64,000 bases of DNA, from contig JBKKBZ010000116.1 of NCBI GenBank assembly GCA_046713235.1, positions 2,742-66,741 of the forward strand, in the 5' to 3' direction. The notes below the pieces were generated by a model. It was not told the origin of the DNA, searched no databases, and worked only from the letters and a program-made list of their open reading frames with translations. Numbering within the stretch: the stretch's first letter is position 1; each line of letters starts with the position of its first letter. Below are positions 37,514-46,365 of the stretch, piece by piece. This DNA is from Actinomycetota bacterium. Its GTDB lineage: Bacteria > Actinomycetota > AC-67. Both the position numbers and the translations under genes were made by a program.

Positions 37514-39504
37514 ACCGGGGCCCGGTTCCGCGAGCGGCTACGCAGCGCCCTGCGCATCCACGTGAGGAAGAGCGCAATCGCTCCGCCGAGGGTGATGATG
37601 AGCGTCACCGCACTAACGCGAGTCGAGCGCACGACCAGCTCGCTCTGCCCGACGGGGGCGCCGTCGAGGGTCTCCAATCGCACGACGACGGGGAAGGATC
37701 CGCTGACCCGTGTCTCTGCTTGGAACGTCATGGTGAAGACCCGCTGGGCCACCGTCACGTTGCGGCTCGCGCCTCTCGGGAAGCGCATTTTCGTCGAATC
37801 GAGCGTGACCCGCACGCGCACCGGTTGACCGGTGCCGTTGACGAGCGTGACCGGAATCTGAGCGATTCGCGATGTCAGGGTCACCCGGCGCTCCGGCACC
37901 CTGATCAAGTCCAGTGTGCGCTCGGCGCGCCCCCGTGCAGCACGTGCGAGGATCGAACCCCGAGAGGGATCGGCGATCCAGTCCGCGGACTGGGCCGCCA
38001 GGATGAGACGCTCCAGAAGCTCGACCGGCCTCTCGGGCTCGAGCACCCGTACGAGTGTGTCCACGGCCCGACGAGCCGCGCGAGCAGCAGACAGCGCCGG
38101 CCGGTCGGGGTCCGTGGAGCTGTCGAGAGCGAGTACCTTGTCGGTTGGGGGGAGCGCGGATGCGGCTTGGGTGGCGGTGAGAAGGCGGACCCATGGAGCG
38201 CCTGCCAGCGCGTCGAGAAGCGCGCCTGCTGCAGCCGAGTCGGGCGACGTCGGGGTGCCGACAACGAGCAATCGCTCGGAGGCAAGCGCCGGGAGCTCGA
38301 AGAACGAAGCGGCGGTCTCTGCCACCACGCCCTGCGCGGCCAGGACCGGATCGCGCCTGCTGCTCAATCGGTCGCGAATGGCGGGATCGACGACCAGGCC
38401 CGTCAGTCGAACCTGATTTCCGCCGGCTAGTGCTTGGGGGCGATCGAATCCGAAGTTCGTCAGGCTTTGGGGGAGGGACTCGGGCGCGATGGCCACCACC
38501 CGGGCACCAGTCGCGGCGATCGCGCCGGCCGAGCGCTTGTCGAGACGGAAATCCGGGGGCACGAACAGTCCCGGCGTGGCCGGGCGCCCGAGCAACCGCC
38601 GGATGCGCTCATCTTCGGAAGAGAGTTGCAGGCTCAGCTCGCTCTGCATCCGGTTCGACAGCAACCCGATGATGTCGGCGCGGGAATAGGTCGAAGAAGC
38701 CAGGTCGATTGCCGGCGACCCCACCGCGCGGCGGAGGGCGGCGAGCGCCCGACGCGCTCCCACCGCGGTCGGGTCGCCGGGATGCACGGCGCGCCTGCCG
38801 CCGGCCGGGTAGCCGTCCCCGGCGTCGTCGAGCTGGTCGAGCGTCAGTCCGGTCGGCGCGATCGTGACCGGAGCGCTGGGGCGGGAAGCAAGTGCCTCGA
38901 TCACCGCCCGGAGACCTGCTCCCGGCGCCAGGTGGCGCTCGATCGTTCCGGATGGGTAGACGCCGCGGGCATCGAATGCGGCCGGCAGATGAACCGGGTA
39001 GATCCACGCGACGTTCAGCCGGCTTGACGGCGGCGTGAAGAAGAACGGCACAGCCGTTGTCGCGTGGGCCAGGTCCCGGCCACCGGATATAAGGCGCACC
39101 GACACGGGATACACACCATCGCGGCCCTGGGCGCGAAACGTCCCGGCAAGGGTACCGAGATCCCGGGTCAGGGTTCGGACCCGGCGCTCCCCGGAGACGA
39201 GCGGTTCGACTTGGTCTGTCGTTACAACGAGAACATCACCCCCGGGGTTGCCGTCGAGGGCCGCACGAAGCTCCGATCGCGAGAAAACCCGGTTGTGCAC
39301 GGAGATTCTGATCGTGAGATCCTCGAGCGGGATGGATCCGGGGTTCGTGAGCGCGAACGTCACGCTCAGCAGGCGATCCTGACCGACGAAGGGGGAAACC
39401 CCCAGGAGCGTGAACCCGGGGTCCCGGTCTTGGGCAAGTCCGGATCCGGGAAGTGTCCCCAGGAGGAGTCCGAGCGCGAGGAGAGCGGCGCGTACGATCC
39501 GCAC
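37510..39504 (-). CDS. Secreted/exported conserved hypothetical (Rv3909-like, DUF6049-type)
   Basis: Signal peptide MRIVRAALLALGLLLGTLPGSGLA. 664 aa. Syntenic with mycobacterial Rv3909 next to mviN. Confidence 0.5.
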   Translation of the reverse strand: MRIVRAALLALGLLLGTLPGSGLAQDRDPGFTLLGVSPFVGQDRLLSVTFALTNPGSIPLEDLTIRISVHNRVFSRSELRAALDGNPGGDVLVVTTDQVEPLVSGERRVRTLTRDLGTLAGTFRAQGRDGVYPVSVRLISGGRDLAHATTAVPFFFTPPSSRLNVAWIYPVHLPAAFDARGVYPSGTIERHLAPGAGLRAVIEALASRPSAPVTIAPTGLTLDQLDDAGDGYPAGGRRAVHPGDPTAVGARRALAALRRAVGSPAIDLASSTYSRADIIGLLSNRMQSELSLQLSSEDERIRRLLGRPATPGLFVPPDFRLDKRSAGAIAATGARVVAIAPESLPQSLTNFGFDRPQALAGGNQVRLTGLVVDPAIRDRLSSRRDPVLAAQGVVAETAASFFELPALASERLLVVGTPTSPDSAAAGALLDALAGAPWVRLLTATQAASALPPTDKVLALDSSTDPDRPALSAARAARRAVDTLVRVLEPERPVELLERLILAAQSADWIADPSRGSILARAARGRAERTLDLIRVPERRVTLTSRIAQIPVTLVNGTGQPVRVRVTLDSTKMRFPRGASRNVTVAQRVFTMTFQAETRVSGSFPVVVRLETLDGAPVGQSELVVRSTRVSAVTLIITLGGAIALFLTWMRRALRSRSRNRAPV

Positions 39505-39512
39505 GGCAGCGC

Positions 39513-39524
39513 GATGCTAGCATC
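39513..39524. promoter_or_regulatory. Perfect 12-bp palindrome GATGCTAGCATC in a 41-bp divergent promoter region
   Basis: Lies between the minus-strand start at 39504 and the plus-strand start at 39546. Confidence 0.35.
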
Positions 39525-39545
39525 CCGGACGGAAGGGGGAAGCCA

Positions 39546-39911
39546 ATGGCCGCGGACGTGCTCGTCGGCGTTGCGATCGGCGTTGTGGCCGGGGTGCTGG
39601 CGGGGATGTTCGGTATCGGAGGAGGAATCCTCATCGTTCCCGCGCTCGTGCTCCTTGGGCTGACCCAGCATGAGGCGAGCGGGACCTCGCTCGCGGCTCT
39701 TGTGGTTCCCGTCGGGATTCTCGGCGTCTTCGAGTACGCCCGGCGTTCGCAGGTGCGATTCGTCTATGCCATCGGCCTGGCGATAGGGCTCACGCTGGGG
39801 GCCTGGCTGGGGGCTCGCTTTGCCGGCCGCTTGTCGAACACAGACCTTCAGCGCGCTTTCGGCGTCATCCTCGCAGCCGCCTCCGTGCGCTTTCTCTTCT
39901 TCGCGCGCTGA
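39546..39911 (+). CDS. TauE/SafE (TSUP/DUF81) family half-size membrane transporter
   Basis: MAADVLVGVAIGVVAGVLAGMFGIGGGILIVPALVLLG has the GxGGG motif. Confidence 0.55.
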   Translation: MAADVLVGVAIGVVAGVLAGMFGIGGGILIVPALVLLGLTQHEASGTSLAALVVPVGILGVFEYARRSQVRFVYAIGLAIGLTLGAWLGARFAGRLSNTDLQRAFGVILAAASVRFLFFAR

Positions 39912-39978
39912 CCTCCTGGGCGGCGCCCCACAGACCGGCGCCGTCTTCAAGGGTGTCGAGCCGGGGGTTCCCTGCGGG

Positions 39979-40191
39979 TTACTTCGAGCCGCCCTTTCGC
40001 CCGATCCGCTGGTAGAACTCGACCCCGTAGCGCCGCTTGGTGGACTCGCCGCCCTTCTTCCCACCGAGCCGCCCGATCTTCCCAAAGAACTCGTCGCCGT
40101 GGCGCTGCTTCGTGGCGAGTCCGCCCTTGCGTCCCGCTTCCGCTCTGGTCATCTTGCGCTTTTCTGCAGTGTCCTCCGCGAACACGGGCAT
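39979..40191 (-). CDS. KGG-repeat general stress protein
   Basis: 70 aa with repeated GGxxT/KxxxGxEFYxxIGxKGG motifs. Confidence 0.6.
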   Translation of the reverse strand: MPVFAEDTAEKRKMTRAEAGRKGGLATKQRHGDEFFGKIGRLGGKKGGESTKRRYGVEFYQRIGRKGGSK

Positions 40192-40358
40192 ACCTCCTCT
40201 ACCTCCGGTCCGGTTCGACCCATTCTTTCCCTACCCGAGGTCTTGGGCCCATAAACGCTCGGTCCGGTGGGCGTCCCTGAGGCCGGGGGTGCCCGGGGGT
40301 ATCAAGATCGATCTCAGCAGGGCCGATTGAAGGAGAGATACCTCACGAGCGGGAGCCC

Positions 40359-41438
40359 ATGGCCCAGATAGAGATCGACGACCTGCTGAGAATGACGGCC
40401 GAGCGCAAGGCCTCCGACCTCCACCTCCGGGCCGGAGGTCCCCCGTACGTGCGGGTGGACGGCGAGCTGTACCAGCTCGACGGCATTTCCTTGACGCCGG
40501 CCGACGCCGAGCGCCTTGCGTTCAGTCTCATGACGGAACAGCAGGCGCGGGAGTTCAACCGGACCAACGAGCTTGATTTCGCCTACACCGTCCCCGGGCT
40601 GGCCCGCTTCCGAGTCAACGTCTTCCGCCAGCGGGGCAGCCTCGGCGTGGCCGTGCGACGCGTGCTGCCCGGCGGGTCGTCGTTTGATGCTCTCGGCCTC
40701 CCTCAGGTCGTGCGGAAACTGGCCGACGAGCAGCGAGGGCTAGTGCTCGTCACCGGAATGACGGGCTCGGGAAAGACGACCACGACGGCGTCGATGATCC
40801 ACCACATCAACATGACCCGCCGTTGTCACATTGTGACGATCGAGGATCCGATCGAGGTTCTTCACGACGACCGGATGGCGATCGTCGATCAGCGGGAAGT
40901 AGGGATCGATACCGCCGACTTCTCGGTGGCGCTCCGTCACGTTGCCCGGCAAGACCCGGACGTGATCTTCATCGGCGAGATGCGCGATATCGAGACGGTA
41001 AAGGCGGCGCTGCAGGCGGCCGAGACCGGCCACCTTGTCGTCTCCACGCTGCACACCTTGAATGCGACCGAGACGGTCAACCGCATCATCGACTTCTATC
41101 CGCCGCACCAGCAGATGCAAGCGCGCCTCTCGCTTGCGGGAACCCTGAAGGGGACGGTCTCGCAGCGGTTGCTCCCCCGAACCGACGGCAAGGGCCGGAT
41201 CCCGGCCGTCGAAGTCTTGATCATGACCGGGCGCGTCTACGACATGATCATCAACCCCGAGAACACCCACCTGATCGAGGACGTCATTGCCGAGGGAGAT
41301 TTCTACGGGATGCAGACCTTCGATCAGCACCTGCTGGGGCTCTATCGTGAGGGCCTTGTGACGATCGAGAATGCGGTTGCCGCCGCGAGTTCTCCGCACG
41401 ACTTCACGCTGGCGGTTCGTCAGGCCGGTCTGGCCTAG
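40359..41438 (+). CDS. pilT: Type IV pilus retraction ATPase PilT-family
   Basis: Walker A GMTGSGKTTT, Asp box, His box (HLVVSTLHT) and the PilT-specific C-terminal region. Confidence 0.85.
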   Translation: MAQIEIDDLLRMTAERKASDLHLRAGGPPYVRVDGELYQLDGISLTPADAERLAFSLMTEQQAREFNRTNELDFAYTVPGLARFRVNVFRQRGSLGVAVRRVLPGGSSFDALGLPQVVRKLADEQRGLVLVTGMTGSGKTTTTASMIHHINMTRRCHIVTIEDPIEVLHDDRMAIVDQREVGIDTADFSVALRHVARQDPDVIFIGEMRDIETVKAALQAAETGHLVVSTLHTLNATETVNRIIDFYPPHQQMQARLSLAGTLKGTVSQRLLPRTDGKGRIPAVEVLIMTGRVYDMIINPENTHLIEDVIAEGDFYGMQTFDQHLLGLYREGLVTIENAVAAASSPHDFTLAVRQAGLA

Positions 41439-41523
41439 TTCGCCACAACCTCGCGGCAGCGCGGCGCCGGCCCCACGTTCAATCGCCGAATCATCGGTCC
41501 GGCGAAGGTATCCTGAGCACGCC

Positions 41524-42948
41524 ATGTCCTTGCCACCTGAGGTGACCGCTCGAATCCGCGAGCTGATAAAGGTCCCTGCGGTCGCCGAGGACCTGGCGAA
41601 GCGCTTCGCAGCCGCCGGCCACGACTTGTATCTCGTCGGCGGGTCCGTGCGCGACGCGCTTCTGGAACGCCGTAACGAGCCGGATCTCGACTTTGCGACC
41701 GACGCACGCCCGGAGCGCGTGCTCGAGATCGTCAAGCGCTGGGCCGAGGGCACCTGGATCACCGGCATCAAGTTCGGGACGGTAGGAGCGAACAAGCAGG
41801 GAAGGCGATTGGAGATCACGACCTTCCGCGAGGAGCACTATCCGGAGGATTCCCGTCAGCCGCAGGTGCGTCACGTCGCAACGATCGAGGACGATCTGGC
41901 TCGCCGCGATTTTACGATCAATGCGATGGCCTACCGGCTTTCGGATCGTAGGTTCGTCGACCCGCACGGCGGTCTCGGTGACCTGGCGTCGAAACGGCTT
42001 CGAACGCCTCTGTCGCCGGAAGTGTCGTTCTCCGACGACCCACTCCGGATGCTGCGGGCGGCTCGATTCGCCGCCACGCTCGACCTCGCGCCCGACGAGG
42101 CGCTGACGGATGCGATGCGCGCCCAGCGCCACCGGCTGAGGATCGTCTCGGCCGAGCGAATTCGGGACGAGCTGGAGAAGCTTCTGGATGCCGCGCAACC
42201 CTCTACGGGCTTGGATCTGGCAACTGAGACGGGTCTGTGCGACCTGTTCTTGCCCGAGTTACCGGCGCTCCGGCTCGAGCAGGATCCGATTCACAGGCAC
42301 AAGGATGTTTACCGGCACACGCTCGCCGTGGTGGACAAGATCGCAGCCTCGGATCCCGGCCCGGAGCCGGATACCGAGCTCCGCCTCGCCGGACTCTTGC
42401 ACGACGTCGGCAAGCCGGCGACCCGTCGCTACGGACCCGAGGGCGTGTCGTTCCACCATCACGAGGTCGTCGGTGCGGAGATGGCCGAACGACGCATGCG
42501 CGCGCTTCGCTTCTCGACGGAGCAAATCCAGGACGTCACGCAACTGATCGCGATGCACCTGCGCTTTCACACGTTTCGACTCGGATGGAGTGATTCGGCA
42601 GTGCGGCGTTACGTCCGCGACTCCGGTCCTCTCCTCGACCGGTTGAACCGGCTCGTCCGCGCAGACTGCACGACGCGCAATCCCTTCAAGGCTCGCCAGC
42701 TTGGGCTCGCCATCGACGAGCTCGAGGAGCGTATCGCCAGGCTTGCCGCCGATGAGGATCTCAAGAGCATCCGGCCTCCGCTTAACGGTCACGATGTCAT
42801 GCAGCATCTGCGAGTGCCTCCGGGAGCAATTGTCGGCGAGGCGCTCGACTTCCTCCTCGAGGTCCGGCTGGACCGCGGCGAGTACGGCCGGGAAGAAGCC
42901 ATGCGCTTGCTCGACGAATGGTGGCACCAACGCAACGAGGGGCCGTGA
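41524..42948 (+). CDS. cca: CCA-adding enzyme / poly(A) polymerase family with HD domain
   Basis: NTase motif LYLVGGSVRDALL...DLDFAT, RRDFTINAMA and an HD domain (HHHEVVGAEMAE). Start at MSLPPEV. Syntenic with mycobacterial pcnA. Confidence 0.8.
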   Translation: MSLPPEVTARIRELIKVPAVAEDLAKRFAAAGHDLYLVGGSVRDALLERRNEPDLDFATDARPERVLEIVKRWAEGTWITGIKFGTVGANKQGRRLEITTFREEHYPEDSRQPQVRHVATIEDDLARRDFTINAMAYRLSDRRFVDPHGGLGDLASKRLRTPLSPEVSFSDDPLRMLRAARFAATLDLAPDEALTDAMRAQRHRLRIVSAERIRDELEKLLDAAQPSTGLDLATETGLCDLFLPELPALRLEQDPIHRHKDVYRHTLAVVDKIAASDPGPEPDTELRLAGLLHDVGKPATRRYGPEGVSFHHHEVVGAEMAERRMRALRFSTEQIQDVTQLIAMHLRFHTFRLGWSDSAVRRYVRDSGPLLDRLNRLVRADCTTRNPFKARQLGLAIDELEERIARLAADEDLKSIRPPLNGHDVMQHLRVPPGAIVGEALDFLLEVRLDRGEYGREEAMRLLDEWWHQRNEGP

Positions 42949-42972
42949 CGGCCCCTCGTCCGCGCCGCGCGT

Positions 42973-43368
42973 CTATTTCTTGCTTGCGGTGAAGACCTCG
43001 CCGATCTCGTCGATGAGATCGAGAAGCTTCTGGCCGTCTTTCGGGTCGAGGGACTTCTTGCACTGACCCGCCTGCTTCGTCGCCGACCAGAACAGCTCGT
43101 GGAGGTTCGGAAACTTGTCGAGGTGCTCGGGCTTGAAATAGTCGGTCCAGAGCACCCACAGGTGGTGCTTGACCAGCTCCGAACGCTCCTCCTTGACCTG
43201 GATTGCGCGGGTTCGGAACTGCTCGTCGTCGTTCTGCTCGTACTTCTCCATGGTCGCCTTGACCGACTCCGCCTCGATTCGGGCTTGAGCCGGGTCGTAC
43301 ACTCCACAAGGCAGGTCACAGTGCGCATGGACGACGCGCGACGGAGCGAACCACTGCGAGAGTGTCAC
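42973..43368 (-). CDS. sodN: Nickel superoxide dismutase precursor
   Basis: 14-aa leader MTLSQWFAPSRVVHA followed by the Ni-hook HCDLPCGVYDPAQARIEAESVKA. Confidence 0.85.
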   Translation of the reverse strand: MTLSQWFAPSRVVHAHCDLPCGVYDPAQARIEAESVKATMEKYEQNDDEQFRTRAIQVKEERSELVKHHLWVLWTDYFKPEHLDKFPNLHELFWSATKQAGQCKKSLDPKDGQKLLDLIDEIGEVFTASKK

Positions 43369-43423
43369 CGAGGGCCTCCTTCAATGCCGGTGTCCGGACC
43401 ATCACGTATACCATCCGGGATCG

Positions 43424-43771
43424 ATGAAGGGCATTCGAGCTCTCGCTTTGCTCGCCGCCGCCGGGCTGGCGACGGCCTGGAAACGGGCCCGGCTCTTCCC
43501 CGTCCGGGTGCAAGGGCCGAGCATGGAACCCACGCTGCACGCCGGAGACCTCGCGGCAGTGTCTCCACGTATACCGGCATACGTCGGCTCGGTGGTCGTC
43601 GTGCGATCGGGCGGCAGGGAGATTATCAAGCGGGTGGGAGCCATCTCGCCGGGCGGGATCGAGCTGGCGGGCGACAACCGGAGGGCAAGCACCGATCTCG
43701 TCGTACCGACCGACGATGTCGCGGGGGTCGTCGTGGCACGCTACTGGCCGCGCCCCGCGATGCTGCTCTAG
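43424..43771 (+). CDS. sodX: S26-family signal-peptidase-like protease (NiSOD maturation protease SodX-like)
   Basis: Catalytic Ser motif GPSMEPTL. 115 aa. Divergent from sodN. Confidence 0.7.
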   Translation: MKGIRALALLAAAGLATAWKRARLFPVRVQGPSMEPTLHAGDLAAVSPRIPAYVGSVVVVRSGGREIIKRVGAISPGGIELAGDNRRASTDLVVPTDDVAGVVVARYWPRPAMLL

Positions 43772-43784
43772 CCGGGCTGGCGGA

Positions 43785-44669
43785 TCACGCCTCGGCGACG
43801 CTCTCGGACTCCAGGAAGCGCGCCGCGATATCCCTTGCGGCGTCCAGCAGGCGCTGGGTCTGCGAGAGATCGTTGTAGCGGATGTTGCTCGAGTCTACGG
43901 CCGGAAGAACGACGATCTCCGCGACGTCGTTGTATCGCGTAAGGTCGAGATCGAGCCGCACTGCGCGCGAATGGGTGAACGCCTGAACGAGTACGTCAAG
44001 CGGCCGGCGGATCGGCTGCGGCTGGTTTTTCCGAAGCCCGCACGTCAGCAGGTAGATCTTCCGCGCCCCGAGATCGACTGCGCGTGAGATCGGGGCGTTG
44101 TTCACGACCCCGCCGTCAACGTACAGCTCGTCGTCCACTTGTATCGGTGGAAAGATTCCGGGAAGCGCCGTCGAGGCGAGGACCGCTCGCATGAGCGGGC
44201 CCTCGGTGAACCAATGCTCAGCGCCGGTGCGCAAGTTCGTGGCAGAGATGTGCAGCGGTACCACCGTCTCTTCGAACGTGCGGACGGGCAGACGCTCGAT
44301 CAGCCGCCGGAGGCCTTCGTTGGGATAGATGTGGTCGCCTCGAGCCACGATATGCCACGCGCGAGAGAACCTGCTGCCGGGGAAGATGTCCTCGGTGCGC
44401 ACGCCGACCCAGATCTCGGCGAGCTCGTCGGCGGAGGCCGCAGTCGGCGTGCAGGCGAGGAACGCGGCGTTGAGGGAGCCGACCGAAGTTCCTACGAGCA
44501 CGTCGGGGATGATCCCGGCGTTCGTGAGTGCCTGGAGCTGACCTGCCTGAATTGCCCCGAGCACGCCGCCGCCGGAGAGCACGAAGGCAGTGCGCGGGGG
44601 CAGGTGGGCAACCCCAGAGGCAGCGTAACCGCGCCGTCTGAGCTTCCGCACGTATCCACCTAGACCCAC
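43785..44669 (-). CDS. Patatin-like phospholipase
   Basis: Oxyanion-hole motif SGGGVLG and GxSxG nucleophile motif GTSVG. Confidence 0.75.
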   Translation of the reverse strand: MGLGGYVRKLRRRGYAASGVAHLPPRTAFVLSGGGVLGAIQAGQLQALTNAGIIPDVLVGTSVGSLNAAFLACTPTAASADELAEIWVGVRTEDIFPGSRFSRAWHIVARGDHIYPNEGLRRLIERLPVRTFEETVVPLHISATNLRTGAEHWFTEGPLMRAVLASTALPGIFPPIQVDDELYVDGGVVNNAPISRAVDLGARKIYLLTCGLRKNQPQPIRRPLDVLVQAFTHSRAVRLDLDLTRYNDVAEIVVLPAVDSSNIRYNDLSQTQRLLDAARDIAARFLESESVAEA

Positions 44670-44730
44670 GGTCGCTCCTCGTTGAGGATCTCGGAGTTCA
44701 TCCCCCCCAGCAGGATAGCCACCGAATGGG

Positions 44731-46365
44731 TCATCCTCGGCTAGCCCGTTCGGGCCCGTCTCCCGGTAGACCCAGCAGTGCCTGTGCGACCAGGGGAACC
44801 GGCATGGACCCCTCGTTGAGCACCCGGTCGTGAAACTCCGTTAAAGAGAATTTCGGCCCCTCCCGCCGCTTGACCTCCCGGCGAAGCCGGAGGATTTCCT
44901 CCTTACCGATCGCGTAGGACATCTGATAGCCGGGGGTAAAGGCGTACCGGCGGACCTCTGCCTCGGCGTTCGGGCGCTCCACGTCGGCCTCGCGGACGAG
45001 CATGTCCACCGCCTCCTCGACGGTCATCGTCCCCTGATGCAGGCGCATGTCGATCACAACCCGGCACGCGCGCCACAGCTCGTCTTTTAACTGGCATAGG
45101 CGCGACTGCGGAGAGAGCAGCCCCTGCTCGTGGCCGAGCTCTTCGCAGTAGAACGCCCAGCCTTCGATGAGCAGCGGGGAGTCGCCCAGCCGCCGGACGC
45201 GCGACGGATGCCGGTTGGCCCGCGTGAGCTGGAGATGGTGGCCGGGATAGCCCTCATGCAGTGCCACGACGGGGATCGCCGCGCGGGCATGGTCTTTGAG
45301 TGCCTCGAGGTTCCCGTCTGGCGGGGTGACCCAGAAGATGCCGCGCTGATCCTCCTCGAACGCGCCCGGCACCGTATAGGCGGCGAAGGGCATGGTGTGG
45401 CGCCAGAACAGCGGTGTCGCCATGACGTCGAGCGGCGCGTCGGACGCCGGCGTCGCCAGGCGCCGATCCCGGACGACCTGTTCCGTCCAGCGCATCGCCT
45501 CGGCATACGCGTCCACGAGGGCGTCGGGCGACGGAACGTCCTTCTTCGTTTCGGCAACTGCCGAGCGCCAGTCGGGAAAGCCGAGCGACCCGGCGACGGC
45601 CGAGATCTCTTCGCCGATACGCCGAAGCATGTCCTCTCCGCGAAGTGCGATCTCGTCGGGTGCGTCGGGCAACAGGTGATGGGCGGCGACGATCCTCGAG
45701 AGCAACTCCGCACCGACGGCCGTCGGTGCGGTGCTCCGCGCCAGGTAATCGTCCCGAAGCCATGCGGCGTGCTCGCGTAGCGCCTCGGCCGCGGGCCCGG
45801 CGGCCTCGCGAACGGCGCGGCCTGCTGCGCCGAGCGGTTCCACCCATGCCGGTATCTCGTCCTCGATCAACCCCACGCCGCCTTCTGCCGATTGAATTGC
45901 CGTCTCCGTGAGCACGCGCGGGGTGTCGGTCAGCGTGGCACGTGATCGCGCCAGGTAGGCCGGGAGCTCTCCGAGCCGCCCGGCAAGTGATGCGGCGCGC
46001 TCGTGCGCCGGAGCGAACTCCCGCTGCATCAGGAAAAAAAGTCCGGTGAGCGCGAGATCGACCGCCTGATCCGGGTTCCGCTGCCACCATCGGGTGTCCT
46101 CGGCCTCGAGCAGCTCGGAATCCAGGAGATGAAGGAGGAAGCGACGGTCGATGCGGTCCGCCTGGGATGCGGGGGCCGTATCCTCTACCCCTCGCCGCAA
46201 CGCCCGGAGCGCCGATGCGTATGCGGCTACGGACTCGTCGGTGTAGGTCCCGAGATCGCCGTCGCGGTCGTGCAAACCGAGCAACGTACCGGCGACGGGA
46301 TGCGTCGAGGCAAGAAGCTCGATGAACCGGTGCCCGATTGACTCCAAAAGCTCGTGGGTAGTCAT
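44731..46365 (-). CDS. DUF885-family putative metallopeptidase
   Basis: HEGYPGHHLQ motif. Start at MTTHELL (46365) forms an ATGA overlap with the upstream MFS gene stop. Confidence 0.7.
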   Translation of the reverse strand: MTTHELLESIGHRFIELLASTHPVAGTLLGLHDRDGDLGTYTDESVAAYASALRALRRGVEDTAPASQADRIDRRFLLHLLDSELLEAEDTRWWQRNPDQAVDLALTGLFFLMQREFAPAHERAASLAGRLGELPAYLARSRATLTDTPRVLTETAIQSAEGGVGLIEDEIPAWVEPLGAAGRAVREAAGPAAEALREHAAWLRDDYLARSTAPTAVGAELLSRIVAAHHLLPDAPDEIALRGEDMLRRIGEEISAVAGSLGFPDWRSAVAETKKDVPSPDALVDAYAEAMRWTEQVVRDRRLATPASDAPLDVMATPLFWRHTMPFAAYTVPGAFEEDQRGIFWVTPPDGNLEALKDHARAAIPVVALHEGYPGHHLQLTRANRHPSRVRRLGDSPLLIEGWAFYCEELGHEQGLLSPQSRLCQLKDELWRACRVVIDMRLHQGTMTVEEAVDMLVREADVERPNAEAEVRRYAFTPGYQMSYAIGKEEILRLRREVKRREGPKFSLTEFHDRVLNEGSMPVPLVAQALLGLPGDGPERASRG

